A stretch of DNA of 43,284 nucleotides. It comes from Planctomyces sp. (GTDB taxonomy: Bacteria > Planctomycetota > Planctomycetia > Planctomycetales > Planctomycetaceae). The notes below the pieces were generated by a model. The model did not search any database. It was given only the letters and a program-made list of their open reading frames with translations, and was not told the origin of the DNA. The stretch spans positions 1-43,284 of the forward strand of contig JANNDA010001144.1 of the NCBI GenBank assembly GCA_031387195.1. Direction: 5' to 3'. Position numbers and translations under genes: made by a program. Shown in pieces: positions 7,383 to 16,528 of this stretch; positions within the stretch are counted from its first letter, which is position 1; each line of letters begins with the position of its first letter.

Positions 7383-9617
7383 ATGATGTCGGATCAGCCT
7401 ACCGTTTCGCCCACCGAACCTGTGATTCACCGGTCTTCTTCGCGGTGGCCGATATTCGGCATGATCGTTCTGGCGGGGCTGGCGGTTTGCGTGTCGTTGT
7501 TGAATCGACCGCGCGTTCCTTCGCTGCTGCTAGAAAACACGCTGATCGCGGCCGATGAAAAGACTGAAACGACGACGGCTAAACCCGCCAAGAAAGAGAC
7601 GAAGCCAGCCACGAAGAAATCGGCAGGCGACACAAAAGCTGACGACCCGAAAGAAGACGGAGCGGAAAAGAAGGGTTTGGAAAATCCGTTCCCGCGACGG
7701 TTCAAGTTGTCCGGTGATGAACTTTCCGGCGGAGTCGAGTGGTTGAACACGTCGGGCGAGATCGAGCTGAAAGATCTGCGTGGCAAAGTGGTTTTGCTCG
7801 ACTTCTGGACTTATTGCTGCATCAACTGCATGCACATCCTGCCGGACTTGAAGTTCCTCGAACACAAGTACCCGAAGGAGTTGGTCGTGATCGGCGTCCA
7901 TTCGGCGAAGTTTGATAACGAGAAAGATTCGGAGAACATCCGCCGAGCCGCATTGCGGTATGAGATTGAGCATCCGATCGTCAACGACGCTGACATGAAG
8001 ATCTGGCGCGGCTTCGGCGTGAGAGCGTGGCCGACGATCGGGCTCATTGATCCCGAAGGTTATTTTTGTGGCGTCGCATCGGGAGAAGGCAATCGTGAAC
8101 TGCTCGACGAGGTCATCGCCAAGTTGATCGCGTATCACCGCGCGAAAGGGACTTTGGACGAGACTCCGGTGCAATTCGATCTCGAACGGAACCGCGTCAA
8201 ACCGGGGCCGCTGCGTTTCCCTGGCAAGGTCTTGGCCGACGAAGCTTCGAATCGCCTCTTCATCACTGACAGCAATCACAATCGGATCGTGATTACTTCG
8301 CTTGAAGGAAAGCTGCTCGACGTGATCGGCAGCGGCACCGCCGGGGCTACGGACGGCAATTACAAAACCGCGACCTTCTTCCGTCCGCAGGGAACGGCAC
8401 TGGTCGGCGACAACTTGTTTGTGGCCGATACCGAGAACCACATGCTGCGAGTCATTGACTTGAAAGCGAAGAAGGTCACGACGCTCGCGGGGACGGGGAA
8501 GCAAGCTCAGTTCCGAGATCGAGGCGGATCGCTGCGTAAAACGGCGCTCAACAGCCCGTGGGCGATCTCGCATATCGACGGGACGTTGTACATCGCGATG
8601 GCCGGGCCGCATCAGTTGTTTTCCCATGAGATCGGTTCGGACGAGATCACCGTCTTCGCCGGCAGCGGTCGTGAAGACATTTTGAATGGGCCACTTTCCG
8701 AATCCGCGTTCGCGCAGCCTTCGGGGATTTCTGTCGGCAATGGCAAGGCGTTGTATGTCGCCGACAGCGAAGGATCCTCGATTCGTAAAGTGACGCTCGG
8801 CTCCAAGGGCGAAGTGACGACGGTCGCTGGAGCATCGGACTTGCCTCAAGGGCAGACGTTGTTCGCCTTCGGTGACATTGATGAAGTGGGCGGCAGTGCT
8901 CGATTTCAACATCCGCTCGACGTGTTGTTTCACGACGGGGCGCTCTTCGTCGCCGACAGCTACAACCACAAGGTGAAGCGGATCGATCTCACCAGCCGCA
9001 AAGTGACGACGATCCTCGGCACAGGCAAATCGGGATCAGGGTTGGACCCCTTAAAGTTGGCAGAGCCTGCGGGTCTTACGGCTGTGAAGAACAAGCTCTT
9101 TATTGCCGACACGAACAATCATCGCATCCTGGTGGCCACTTTGCCGTCGGGTGACGTGAGCGAACTGAAGATCGACGGCTTGCAGCCACCTCCTCTTCCG
9201 AAAGATTCCGATGATGTGGCGGAAGGCAAGGAAGTCATCTCCGTTCCCGCACAAGTCCTCGCGAGCGGCGAAGCCTTGAACTTCAGCGTCAACTTCAAAT
9301 TGCCCGAAGGCTACAAGCTCAACAAGTTGGCGAAGGTGACCTACAAGTTGGAAGCCGTTGGTGACCAAAGCCTCGTTGCCGCTGATCAACTCAAAGCTCG
9401 TAAGGTCGCTGAGGTGAAAGAAGACGCCGCCGTGATCAGCATTCCGCTCGCCAAGAAAGAGGGTGACGCGAAGTTGTCACTCTCCCTGACGTTTTCCTAC
9501 TGCCGAGACGGCGTCGGTGGTGTCTGCAAAATCAAGACGGTTCGCTGGAGCATTCCGGTGCAGGCATCGGCCGCAGGGAAAGCAACCTCGATCAAGTTGG
9601 AAGCGGCGGCTGAATAG
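7383..9617 (+). CDS. Membrane-anchored thioredoxin-like + NHL-repeat beta-propeller protein (NHLRC2-like)
   Basis: There is an N-terminal TM segment (WPIFGMIVLAGLAVCVSLL) and a Lys-rich linker. The stretch LLDFWTYCCINCMHILPDLKFLEHKYPKELVVIGVHSAKFDNEK...HPIVNDADMKIW is very close to my recollection of the human NHLRC2 thioredoxin-like domain. It is followed by repeated NHL blades (LFITDSNHNRI, LFVADTENHML, LYVADSEGSSI, LFVADSYNHKV, LFIADTNNHRI). Confidence 0.9.
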   Translation: MMSDQPTVSPTEPVIHRSSSRWPIFGMIVLAGLAVCVSLLNRPRVPSLLLENTLIAADEKTETTTAKPAKKETKPATKKSAGDTKADDPKEDGAEKKGLENPFPRRFKLSGDELSGGVEWLNTSGEIELKDLRGKVVLLDFWTYCCINCMHILPDLKFLEHKYPKELVVIGVHSAKFDNEKDSENIRRAALRYEIEHPIVNDADMKIWRGFGVRAWPTIGLIDPEGYFCGVASGEGNRELLDEVIAKLIAYHRAKGTLDETPVQFDLERNRVKPGPLRFPGKVLADEASNRLFITDSNHNRIVITSLEGKLLDVIGSGTAGATDGNYKTATFFRPQGTALVGDNLFVADTENHMLRVIDLKAKKVTTLAGTGKQAQFRDRGGSLRKTALNSPWAISHIDGTLYIAMAGPHQLFSHEIGSDEITVFAGSGREDILNGPLSESAFAQPSGISVGNGKALYVADSEGSSIRKVTLGSKGEVTTVAGASDLPQGQTLFAFGDIDEVGGSARFQHPLDVLFHDGALFVADSYNHKVKRIDLTSRKVTTILGTGKSGSGLDPLKLAEPAGLTAVKNKLFIADTNNHRILVATLPSGDVSELKIDGLQPPPLPKDSDDVAEGKEVISVPAQVLASGEALNFSVNFKLPEGYKLNKLAKVTYKLEAVGDQSLVAADQLKARKVAEVKEDAAVISIPLAKKEGDAKLSLSLTFSYCRDGVGGVCKIKTVRWSIPVQASAAGKATSIKLEAAAE

Positions 9618-9775
9618 TGTGGCGCGACGCTCCGCGTCGCGAATGAATCACGACGCGGAGCGTCGTGAAGAATTGACGTGGGATAGGCTTCCAGCCTGTC
9701 ATCTCAGCCCGAAAACATGACAGGCTGGAAGCCTATCCCACGAAAAATTCACAACCTCGGAGCGTCGTGCCACAC
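9617..9775. repeat. Composite nested palindrome cluster (outer inverted repeat, two small GACGC-N3-GCGTC hairpins, one perfect 26-bp-stem hairpin)
   Basis: The outer arms are gtgtggcgcgacgctccg (9617-9634) and cggagcgtcgtgccacac (9758-9775), complementary with 1 mismatch. Two small hairpins are cgcgacgc-tcc-gcgtcgcg (9623-9641) and cacgacgc-gga-gcgtcgtg (9649-9667). The perfect stem is cgtgggataggcttccagcctgtcat (9677-9702) / atgacaggctggaagcctatcccacg (9717-9742) with a 14-nt loop. Confidence 0.9.
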
Positions 9776-9812
9776 TAGCCCGGCTTAGTCGCCCTTGAAG
9801 AGATTGCTGACG

Positions 9813-10295
9813 ATGTCCGAACTCACTCACTTTGACGAATCCGGTGCGAGTCGCATGGTGGATGTGGGCTCGAAAGAAATCACCTTACGGTTGGCTCGCG
9901 CTGTTGGCTTTGTGCGAATGCAGCCAGCGACGCTGGAACTCATCCGCAATCGACAGGTCTCGAAGGGTGACGTCTTCGAGGTCGCTCGGTTGGCGGGGAT
10001 CATGGCCACGAAGCGAACCGACGAACTCATCCCGCTGTGTCACTCGTTGGGTCTCGACAGCGCGAAGATCGAGTTCGAGATTGTCGATAGCGCCACAGTG
10101 AAGATCGAATCGACCGTCACGCTTCACGGTCGCACCGGCGTCGAAATGGAAGCGCTCACCGCCGTGAGCATCGCCGCGCTGACGATCTACGACATGTGCA
10201 AAGCTGTTGATCGAGCGATCTCGATTGGCCCTATCGAGTTGCTCGAAAAATCCGGAGGTCGAAGTGGTCACTGGATTCGCACACAGCAGGAGTAG
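9813..10295 (+). CDS. moaC: Cyclic pyranopterin monophosphate synthase accessory protein MoaC
   Basis: [30 protein letters not shown]...[27 protein letters not shown]...[24 protein letters not shown] is the typical MoaC sequence. ATG 9813 is preferred over the TTG at 9795. Confidence 0.92.
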   Translation: MSELTHFDESGASRMVDVGSKEITLRLARAVGFVRMQPATLELIRNRQVSKGDVFEVARLAGIMATKRTDELIPLCHSLGLDSAKIEFEIVDSATVKIESTVTLHGRTGVEMEALTAVSIAALTIYDMCKAVDRAISIGPIELLEKSGGRSGHWIRTQQE

Positions 10296-10373
10296 GTCAG
10301 CCTTTCCTGGCTGCCCCGATTAACCATCGACGTTATTTCGCACATTCGGGTCAGGCTAGAAAGCCTGACCTAC
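10292..10373. repeat. 82-bp double-hairpin element bounded by GTAGGTC ... GACCTAC
   Basis: The left arm is gtaggtcagcctttcctggctgcccc (from 10292; it contains the moaC TAG stop at 10293-10295). The right arm is gggtcaggctagaaagcctgacctac (to 10373) and includes the perfect hairpin ggtcaggct-agaa-agcctgacc (10349-10370). The reverse complement of the right arm matches the left arm at 21/26. Confidence 0.8.
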
Positions 10374-10389
10374 GATTGGCCTAAGTCTC

Positions 10390-11283
10390 ATGAATCGCTT
10401 GGTCATTGGTTGTGGTTACTTGGGACTACGGGTTGCCTCGCACTGGAAGGCCATCGGAGACGAGGTCGCTGTACTGACTCGTTCCCAAGAGCGTGCCGAG
10501 TTGCTCTCCACGCAAGGATTCAAGCCCGTTGTCGGCGATGTCATGAGTCCCACATCGTTAGCGCAGCTTCCAGATTCAGACACCGTTTTATACGCGGTTG
10601 GGTTTGATCGTTCCGGCGGACATTCAAAGCGGAACGTGTACATTGAGGGTCTGAGAAATGTCTTGACTCAGATTCACGGTCGTTGTGGCCGCTTCATCTA
10701 CGTTTCCAGCACGAGCGTTTACGGCCAGTCTTCCGGCGAATCCGTCGATGAAGCATCGGCGACTGATCCTGTGGAGGAGAACGGGCGGATCTGTGTCGAT
10801 GCGGAGTCGGACTTATGGCAGTCCTTTGATCCCTCAATCAACAATCGAGCAATCGTCTTGCGATTGGCAGGGATCTACGGGCCAGGACGCCTGCTCGCTC
10901 GAATTGATCAGCTCAAACAAGGAGAGCCGCTCACGGGGAATCCAGAGGCGTGGCTCAATCTGATCCACGTGGATGATGCCGTGCAGGCAGTGCTGGCTGC
11001 GGATGAACGGGGAACTCTCGGCGAGACTTATCTGGTGTGCGATGATCGACCACTGCGCCGAATCGAGTATTACTCGGCTCTGGCAGAAAGAGTCGGCGCA
11101 CCCTCGCCGCGATTTGCGGAACTCGCTTCTGATTCACCGGAACGACAGCAGTTCAACAAACGCTGCATGAATCATCGGCTTCGTCGCGAACTGGGTGTCG
11201 AACTCCGATATCCCACAATCACCGCAGGACTGGATGATCTACCTGAGGTGTTGCGAGCGAAGGAGCCGCTTCGATCCGAATGA
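10390..11283 (+). CDS. NAD(P)-dependent epimerase/dehydratase-family (extended SDR) protein
   Basis: The N-terminal Rossmann motif is LVIGCGYLGLRVA. The protein is 297 aa and has SSTSVYG and the LRLAGIYGPGR pattern typical of SDR epimerase-like proteins. Confidence 0.8.
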   Translation: MNRLVIGCGYLGLRVASHWKAIGDEVAVLTRSQERAELLSTQGFKPVVGDVMSPTSLAQLPDSDTVLYAVGFDRSGGHSKRNVYIEGLRNVLTQIHGRCGRFIYVSSTSVYGQSSGESVDEASATDPVEENGRICVDAESDLWQSFDPSINNRAIVLRLAGIYGPGRLLARIDQLKQGEPLTGNPEAWLNLIHVDDAVQAVLAADERGTLGETYLVCDDRPLRRIEYYSALAERVGAPSPRFAELASDSPERQQFNKRCMNHRLRRELGVELRYPTITAGLDDLPEVLRAKEPLRSE

Positions 11284-11671
11284 AATACCAACGGCCTTTG
11301 GGCGATTGGCTGACAAATAGATCGGCGGTCTTTTGCGATCCCTTGTCGGCCCTTGAAGCGTCTTCCTGCGAACCATCGCCCGAGTGAATTGTGGTCCAGC
11401 CAACCGAGCCCCGTTCATCAATCACTCGGTAAGTGCCAGGAAGTATCCCGTCCGGTAGAACGCATCGAGAGAAATTGGACTCGGACGAGATCGCGATGCC
11501 ACGGCTGATTTGCGAAATGATTGGGTCGCGTCGTGCCTCTTGAATGAGAGGCGGTCGCTCAGGAAGTCGGGGCTTCGCGGCCAGCATGGTCGTCACAGGC
11601 GATCGATCCGATTCCCATGCGGTGGCGAAGATGCCGGTAAATGCGAGCAAGAGTGCAACACGTGCTGCCAT
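11219..11671 (-). CDS. Hypothetical small secreted protein
   Basis: 150-aa ORF with a plausible signal peptide (MAARVALLLAFTGIFATAWE) and no recognisable family. Its 3' end overlaps the convergent SDR gene by 65 nt, which lowers confidence. Confidence 0.45.
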   Translation of the reverse strand: MAARVALLLAFTGIFATAWESDRSPVTTMLAAKPRLPERPPLIQEARRDPIISQISRGIAISSESNFSRCVLPDGILPGTYRVIDERGSVGWTTIHSGDGSQEDASRADKGSQKTADLFVSQSPKGRWYFIRIEAAPSLATPQVDHPVLR

Positions 11672-12112
11672 TTCAAATCATCCCAAAACGTTCTGAGCCA
11701 AAGTTGTCTACTGGCCTCAACAAGCAAAAGCTGCCAGTCAACATGTCGTCCAATCAGAATCGGACTCGGCATGAATGGCACATTGGTGAAACCGCTCCGG
11801 TTGTGCGGCGAACGAGTTCTTCGGCGTCAGGAGGAACGATCGTGTCAGGCGGTCGTCGCAGGCGACTCGATAGCAGGATGCGAATCAATCCGATTATGAC
11901 GCGCTGACTCAAGCTACGTGATGGTCGCCACGGTATCTGAGTCACTCCGCGACTCGCACCAAGGTTCGACGATCGACCGGTCGCACGTTACCCTCACCTT
12001 CTCGTTTTGCCGTCCAGTAACGTCATTAAATCAACAGGCTCAGGCCGCCGATCCGCACGGTGTCTGATGACCAAAACAGGAACTTCGATCGGTGGGATCT
12101 GACAGCTATTTC

Positions 12113-13375
12113 ATGGAGCCGGTGACTCAGCCGCTCAACGGGACGGTGAAGCCACCGGGATCAAAGAGCCTCACGAATCGGGCTCTTGTGGTGGGTGCGC
12201 TGGCTCGTGGCGAGTCGATGCTGACCAACGTGCTCGACAGCCAAGATACACAGGTCATGCTGGAGAGCTGGCGACGACTGGGCGTGACCGTTGAGCACAA
12301 CGTGGCGGAGAACTCGGTCAAGATGCGCGGCTGCTCCGGTCGGATGTCAGCTCAGTCTGCGGAGCTTTGGCTAGAGAACAGCGGCACGAGCATTCGATTT
12401 CTGACGGCGGCTTGCACAGTAGGCTCGGGGCGATTTCGCTTGGATGGCAATTCACGGATGCGACAACGTCCGATTCTCGATCTCGTGCAAGCGTTGAATG
12501 CTCTCGGTGCGAACGTGACGTGTGCGACGGATAGTGGTTGTCCTCCCGTTGAAGTGATCGCTGATGGTTTGCCCGGCGGTCGTACAACAGTCGCTGGAAA
12601 CATTTCGAGCCAGTATCTCAGCGCATTGCTCATGGCCGCCCCGTGCGCGAAGTCAGCGGTCGAGTTGCACGTTTCGGGGGGCTTGGTTTCAGAGCCGTAT
12701 GTGGACATGACTCTGGGCATCATGCAGCGATTCGGAGCGACGGCGACGCGAGCGGCTGACGGCAGCCTGCAAATCCCACCGACGGGTTATGACGGAACCG
12801 AATACGACATCGAACCGGACGCCTCTGCGGCGAGTTATTTTTTTGCCGCAGCGGCGATCACTGGCGGTGAAATCACGGTGATGGGACTCGGTCAGTCATC
12901 GTTGCAGGGCGATTTGCATTTTGTGGACGCACTCGCCGAGATGGGTTGTGAAGTCACGATCGGTAGCGACCGCACGACAGTGCGCGGTCGTCCGCTGCGT
13001 GGTATCGACATTGATATGAACGCGATCAGCGACACGGCTCAAACACTGGCCGCCGTCGCGGTCTTCGCGGACGGGCCGACGACGATTCGCAACATCGCTC
13101 ATGTGCGGCACAAGGAAACGGATCGCATCTCAGCGGTCGTGACCGAACTGAAGCGGCTCGGTTTGAACGCCGACGAGCGTTCCGATGGGCTGACGATTTA
13201 TCCGGGACTGCCGCAGTCAGCGACGATTGACACTTATGATGATCACCGCATGGCGATGAGCTTTTCGCTCATCGGCTTGCGAACGCCAGGAATTCGGATC
13301 GCCAATCCCAGTTGCACGGCGAAGACTTACCCTCGTTTCTTTGAAGACCTCGAACGATTGTGCGGACGGCGATGA
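12113..13375 (+). CDS. aroA: 3-phosphoshikimate 1-carboxyvinyltransferase (EPSP synthase)
   Basis: [39 protein letters not shown] and [11 protein letters not shown] are typical AroA stretches. The ORF opens at GTG 12092; ATG 12113 ([19 protein letters not shown]) gives the canonical N-terminus. Confidence 0.93.
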   Translation: MEPVTQPLNGTVKPPGSKSLTNRALVVGALARGESMLTNVLDSQDTQVMLESWRRLGVTVEHNVAENSVKMRGCSGRMSAQSAELWLENSGTSIRFLTAACTVGSGRFRLDGNSRMRQRPILDLVQALNALGANVTCATDSGCPPVEVIADGLPGGRTTVAGNISSQYLSALLMAAPCAKSAVELHVSGGLVSEPYVDMTLGIMQRFGATATRAADGSLQIPPTGYDGTEYDIEPDASAASYFFAAAAITGGEITVMGLGQSSLQGDLHFVDALAEMGCEVTIGSDRTTVRGRPLRGIDIDMNAISDTAQTLAAVAVFADGPTTIRNIAHVRHKETDRISAVVTELKRLGLNADERSDGLTIYPGLPQSATIDTYDDHRMAMSFSLIGLRTPGIRIANPSCTAKTYPRFFEDLERLCGRR

Positions 13376-15186
13376 CAGACCAATTTGACAATGGCGGCAG
13401 TGATTCCAGAGAACGCCGTTACGGCCAACAACCGTCGCGAGGCGGACAATCTGGCGGCGGCGGATCATCGGGTGGTCGTTACGAATCGCGAGGCCCGCGA
13501 CGTGACGACGATCGGCGCGGACCGCCTCGCAGCAGGCAAGACCAGTACCTCAATCAGCTTCCACAAGATCGGGACCAGGAACTCGATGACCGAGCACAAG
13601 GCTTTCCGTCGCTGGCTTTGAGATTGCCGATCGGCAAGACGTCGCGACAAATCGCCTTGACCACGTTGATGGCGGCCGTGAATTCCGACGAGTTTGTCAC
13701 GGACCATTTGGAACAAGCTTTTGTTCGCTCCGATCTCGCACCGATCGAGCGACGACTGGCTACAGAACTCACCTTCGGGGTTGTTCGTCGCAAAGCCACG
13801 CTAGATGCGATTCTCGAAAAGGCGGTGACTCGTCCGAGGTCACAAGTCGAAACGGCCTTGTGGATGTTGCTCCGGATCGGTGTTTATCAACTCACGATTT
13901 GCGACGGAATTCCGCCGCACGCCGCGTGTGATGAAACCGTCGAACTCGCCCGCTGGATGGGCCGCCCAGAATGGGTCTCGTTGGCGAACGGTGTGTTGCG
14001 TGGCATCAGCCGCTCAGTTCTCGAAGAACAAACTCAAAACCAAACTCCGTCACCGCAATCAGTCCCCACGACTCATCACCGCTTCCGGCAGTTGGATCAA
14101 CCAATATTTGCTGACCCCACTGACAAGCCGCTCGCTTACTTGGCGAAAGCTTTCAGTTTGCCGATGTGGTTGTTGGAACGCTGGGCCAAGCGGTTTGATT
14201 TTCCCGAACTGTGCCGACTCGGCTTTTGGTTCAACACGCCGGCACCACTCTGCCTGCGAGTCAACACTCTCCGCACCGATCGAGAGACTGTGCTCGCCGC
14301 GTTTGCAGAAGCGGGAGTCGTCGCTCGTCCGGGCGAGTTGCCGTCTTCCATTTGGCTCGGTCCTCTTGACGGAGTCCCGCGTAGCGACCGACCGACGACC
14401 GTTGCTGTTGAATCGGTTGATCTCACGCTGGGTGAAGAGATCGAAGCCCTGCTGGATTCATCGGGCGAGCGTTCGCCGAGTGACTCTGATGAAACGCCGA
14501 CCAGCGAGAGCGATGTCCCACCGGAAGCAGTTGCGCGGCCAACTCGCCGCGACACGCCGATCCGCATTGATCGATTACCGGGCTTCAACGAAGGCTGGTT
14601 TGTGGTGCAAGACGAATCAGCGCAGCAAGTCGCCACATTGCTCGCCCCGCAACCGGGTGAGACGGTGCTTGATCTCTGTTCGGCACCAGGAACCAAGACG
14701 ACGCACCTCGCGGAACTCATGCGTAACGAGGGCCGCATCATCGCGACGGACGCCAGCGAAGAGCGTCTGAAACGAGTTGACGAAAACTGTCATCGCCTCG
14801 GCATCACGATCGTTGAGACCAAAGCGATTTCCAACGAAAGCCTGGACATTCCCGAAGGACCGTTCGACGCGATCCTGATTGACGCTCCGTGTTCAAACAC
14901 CGGAGTGCTGGGAAAACGTCCCGATGCGCGCTGGCGAATTCAAGCGGATGACTTGGAAGAGTTGTCGCGAATTCAGCTCCGTTTGTTGCTGGCGGCCTCC
15001 GATCGCCTGCGTCCGGGTGGTCGGATTCTGTATTCAACATGCAGCATCGAACCCGAAGAGAACTCCGCCGTCATCGAAGCCGCTGGCCATTTTCGCAAGA
15101 AGCTCAAACTGGAATTGATGAACGAACTGGTCCCCGGCCGCCCCGCAGACGGCGGCTTTCAGAGTTTGTTGCGATCGCAAGATTAA
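13372..15186 (+). CDS. rsmB: 16S rRNA (cytosine-C5)-methyltransferase RsmB/Sun family, with an Arg/Gly-rich N-terminal extension
   Basis: There is a NusB-like region ([17 protein letters not shown]) and SAM-MTase motifs ([51 protein letters not shown]). ATG 13372 overlaps the aroA TGA (13373-13375) as ATGA, which suggests translational coupling. Confidence 0.9.
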   Translation: MTDQFDNGGSDSRERRYGQQPSRGGQSGGGGSSGGRYESRGPRRDDDRRGPPRSRQDQYLNQLPQDRDQELDDRAQGFPSLALRLPIGKTSRQIALTTLMAAVNSDEFVTDHLEQAFVRSDLAPIERRLATELTFGVVRRKATLDAILEKAVTRPRSQVETALWMLLRIGVYQLTICDGIPPHAACDETVELARWMGRPEWVSLANGVLRGISRSVLEEQTQNQTPSPQSVPTTHHRFRQLDQPIFADPTDKPLAYLAKAFSLPMWLLERWAKRFDFPELCRLGFWFNTPAPLCLRVNTLRTDRETVLAAFAEAGVVARPGELPSSIWLGPLDGVPRSDRPTTVAVESVDLTLGEEIEALLDSSGERSPSDSDETPTSESDVPPEAVARPTRRDTPIRIDRLPGFNEGWFVVQDESAQQVATLLAPQPGETVLDLCSAPGTKTTHLAELMRNEGRIIATDASEERLKRVDENCHRLGITIVETKAISNESLDIPEGPFDAILIDAPCSNTGVLGKRPDARWRIQADDLEELSRIQLRLLLAASDRLRPGGRILYSTCSIEPEENSAVIEAAGHFRKKLKLELMNELVPGRPADGGFQSLLRSQD

Positions 15187-15226
15187 GCGTCCACGAACCA
15201 CAGGCCCTGCTCTCGTCGAGGTCGAT

Positions 15227-15598
15227 TTGTCACAGGACAACCCGCTGCGGATGGTTATTGAGGGGATCACGTACTGCATTGCTGTGAAAAAGGTATGGAA
15301 GCAGGGAAGTCTTCGGGAAGCTTGGCAACAAGAAACCAATTTCGAGAGTCCCAATGAAATCGACAGGTTATCACTGATTGGATTGGCACCAGATGGCTAT
15401 TGGAGTCGGGTGATCGGCTCATCTAAAGCACGCGCAGCAGGACAGGTCTTCCCAGAGCATTGGTCGGCCTTTCGTAGTCTGCTCATGTCTATCATCACTC
15501 ATGGTTTCGATGTGCGCTTCGCTGCATTCACGATCAATAGCGCCGATGACACGCTGCCGCATATGTCAAACGTGAGGTTTACGGAGCTTCCGTCGTGA
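15227..15598 (+). CDS. Hypothetical protein (orphan ORF)
   Basis: 123-aa ORF in the gap between rsmB and the convergent adaptor gene. I see no recognisable motifs, and the composition looks less GC-rich by eye. Confidence 0.3.
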   Translation: MSQDNPLRMVIEGITYCIAVKKVWKQGSLREAWQQETNFESPNEIDRLSLIGLAPDGYWSRVIGSSKARAAGQVFPEHWSAFRSLLMSIITHGFDVRFAAFTINSADDTLPHMSNVRFTELPS

Positions 15599-15640
15599 GC
15601 ATGCCACCATCGAACACCCGTTGAATGAGTCGCCGCGTTA

Positions 15641-16528
15641 TTAATCGGGTGTCGTCAGCCGCACTTCGACACGCAGGCCGACGGGTGCCGAGAAGTCGCC
15701 AGGAAGATCAATGACCACTTCCATGACATGAAGATCTTTGCGTTCGTCGAACTCCGCACGAACGCGAAGTGTGGTCATGTCGGCGAAGAGTGCGGCAGGT
15801 TCATTCAGAGACGTCGAGCAGCCGTCTCCTTCACGTTTGAGATAACGCAGAACTTGTCCCGCGCACGGTGCCGTGATCAGCGTGTTCTGAAGCGTGGCTT
15901 TGGCTTGTGCGACTTCGGACTGAGCGAGTTCAACCTCCGCGATGGAGACCGCTCGGTTTTCTTGAGTCACGTTATTCCTCAGGTGAGCAACAACGGCTTC
16001 TTGTTCTTGGAAAGCAATTTGAGCTTGGTCACGCAACGATCGTATGCCGTCGGATTCCGCAGTGGTTGTCGCTTTACGAGCGGACAATGAGACCTGTCGT
16101 TCAAATTCGGTGACGGCAAAGCGGTGAGCTTCGTGCAGACGTTCCAGCGTTCGTTCGGCAGCGCGAATGCGATGCGGGTTGATGCCCGCATCCAACTCGA
16201 CGAGGTGCGACTTGGCCAATGCAAGTTTTGCTTGTGCGACCTCCAAGGCGCGTTCTTCGACCGCGCTATCCAACTCCAGAATGACATCTCCAGAATTCAA
16301 CCGCTGCCCCTCTGCTGCCACGCATCGCCTCACGATGCCGTTGACCTTCGGCGTCAATCTCCGCAATTCCGAGACTGGCTCGATGTAACCGAGTCCTTCG
16401 ATGGTTTGTGAAGGTCGCGGCGGCGACCGCTCCGAACTGGCTTCGGGCAGCACATTTTTAGACTGCAACATCCAACCCGCGCCCGCCAACAGGCTCAATG
16501 CCACGAGCCATTTCAACGTGGTCTTCAT
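15641..16528 (-). CDS. HlyD-family membrane-fusion (periplasmic adaptor) protein, possibly degenerate at the C-terminus
   Basis: It has an N-terminal anchor (LKWLVALSLLAGAGWML), a lipoyl-like motif (VNGIVRRCVAAEGQRLNSGDVILELD), a long coiled-coil (AQAKLALAKSHL...AEVELAQSEVAQAKATL) and LITAPCAGQVL. The beta-barrel tail looks shortened (RVRAEFDERKDLHVMEVVIDLPGDF). Its ATG (16528) overlaps the stop of the upstream ABC remnant as ATGA. Confidence 0.75.
   Translation of the reverse strand: MKTTLKWLVALSLLAGAGWMLQSKNVLPEASSERSPPRPSQTIEGLGYIEPVSELRRLTPKVNGIVRRCVAAEGQRLNSGDVILELDSAVEERALEVAQAKLALAKSHLVELDAGINPHRIRAAERTLERLHEAHRFAVTEFERQVSLSARKATTTAESDGIRSLRDQAQIAFQEQEAVVAHLRNNVTQENRAVSIAEVELAQSEVAQAKATLQNTLITAPCAGQVLRYLKREGDGCSTSLNEPAALFADMTTLRVRAEFDERKDLHVMEVVIDLPGDFSAPVGLRVEVRLTTPD

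Noticed and set aside
7530-8969. 479-aa ORF on the minus strand, antisense to the thioredoxin-NHL gene
   Set aside because: It is fully embedded antisense in a gene with unmistakable homology. Its composition (R/D/V/E-rich, no motifs) is typical of shadow ORFs in GC-rich DNA.
9618-9812. A Moco riboswitch upstream of moaC
   Set aside because: The region is made of perfect long palindromes shared with other loci in the window. I could not recognise the conserved Moco-motif loops, so it is more likely made of repeat elements. An Infernal scan would settle it.
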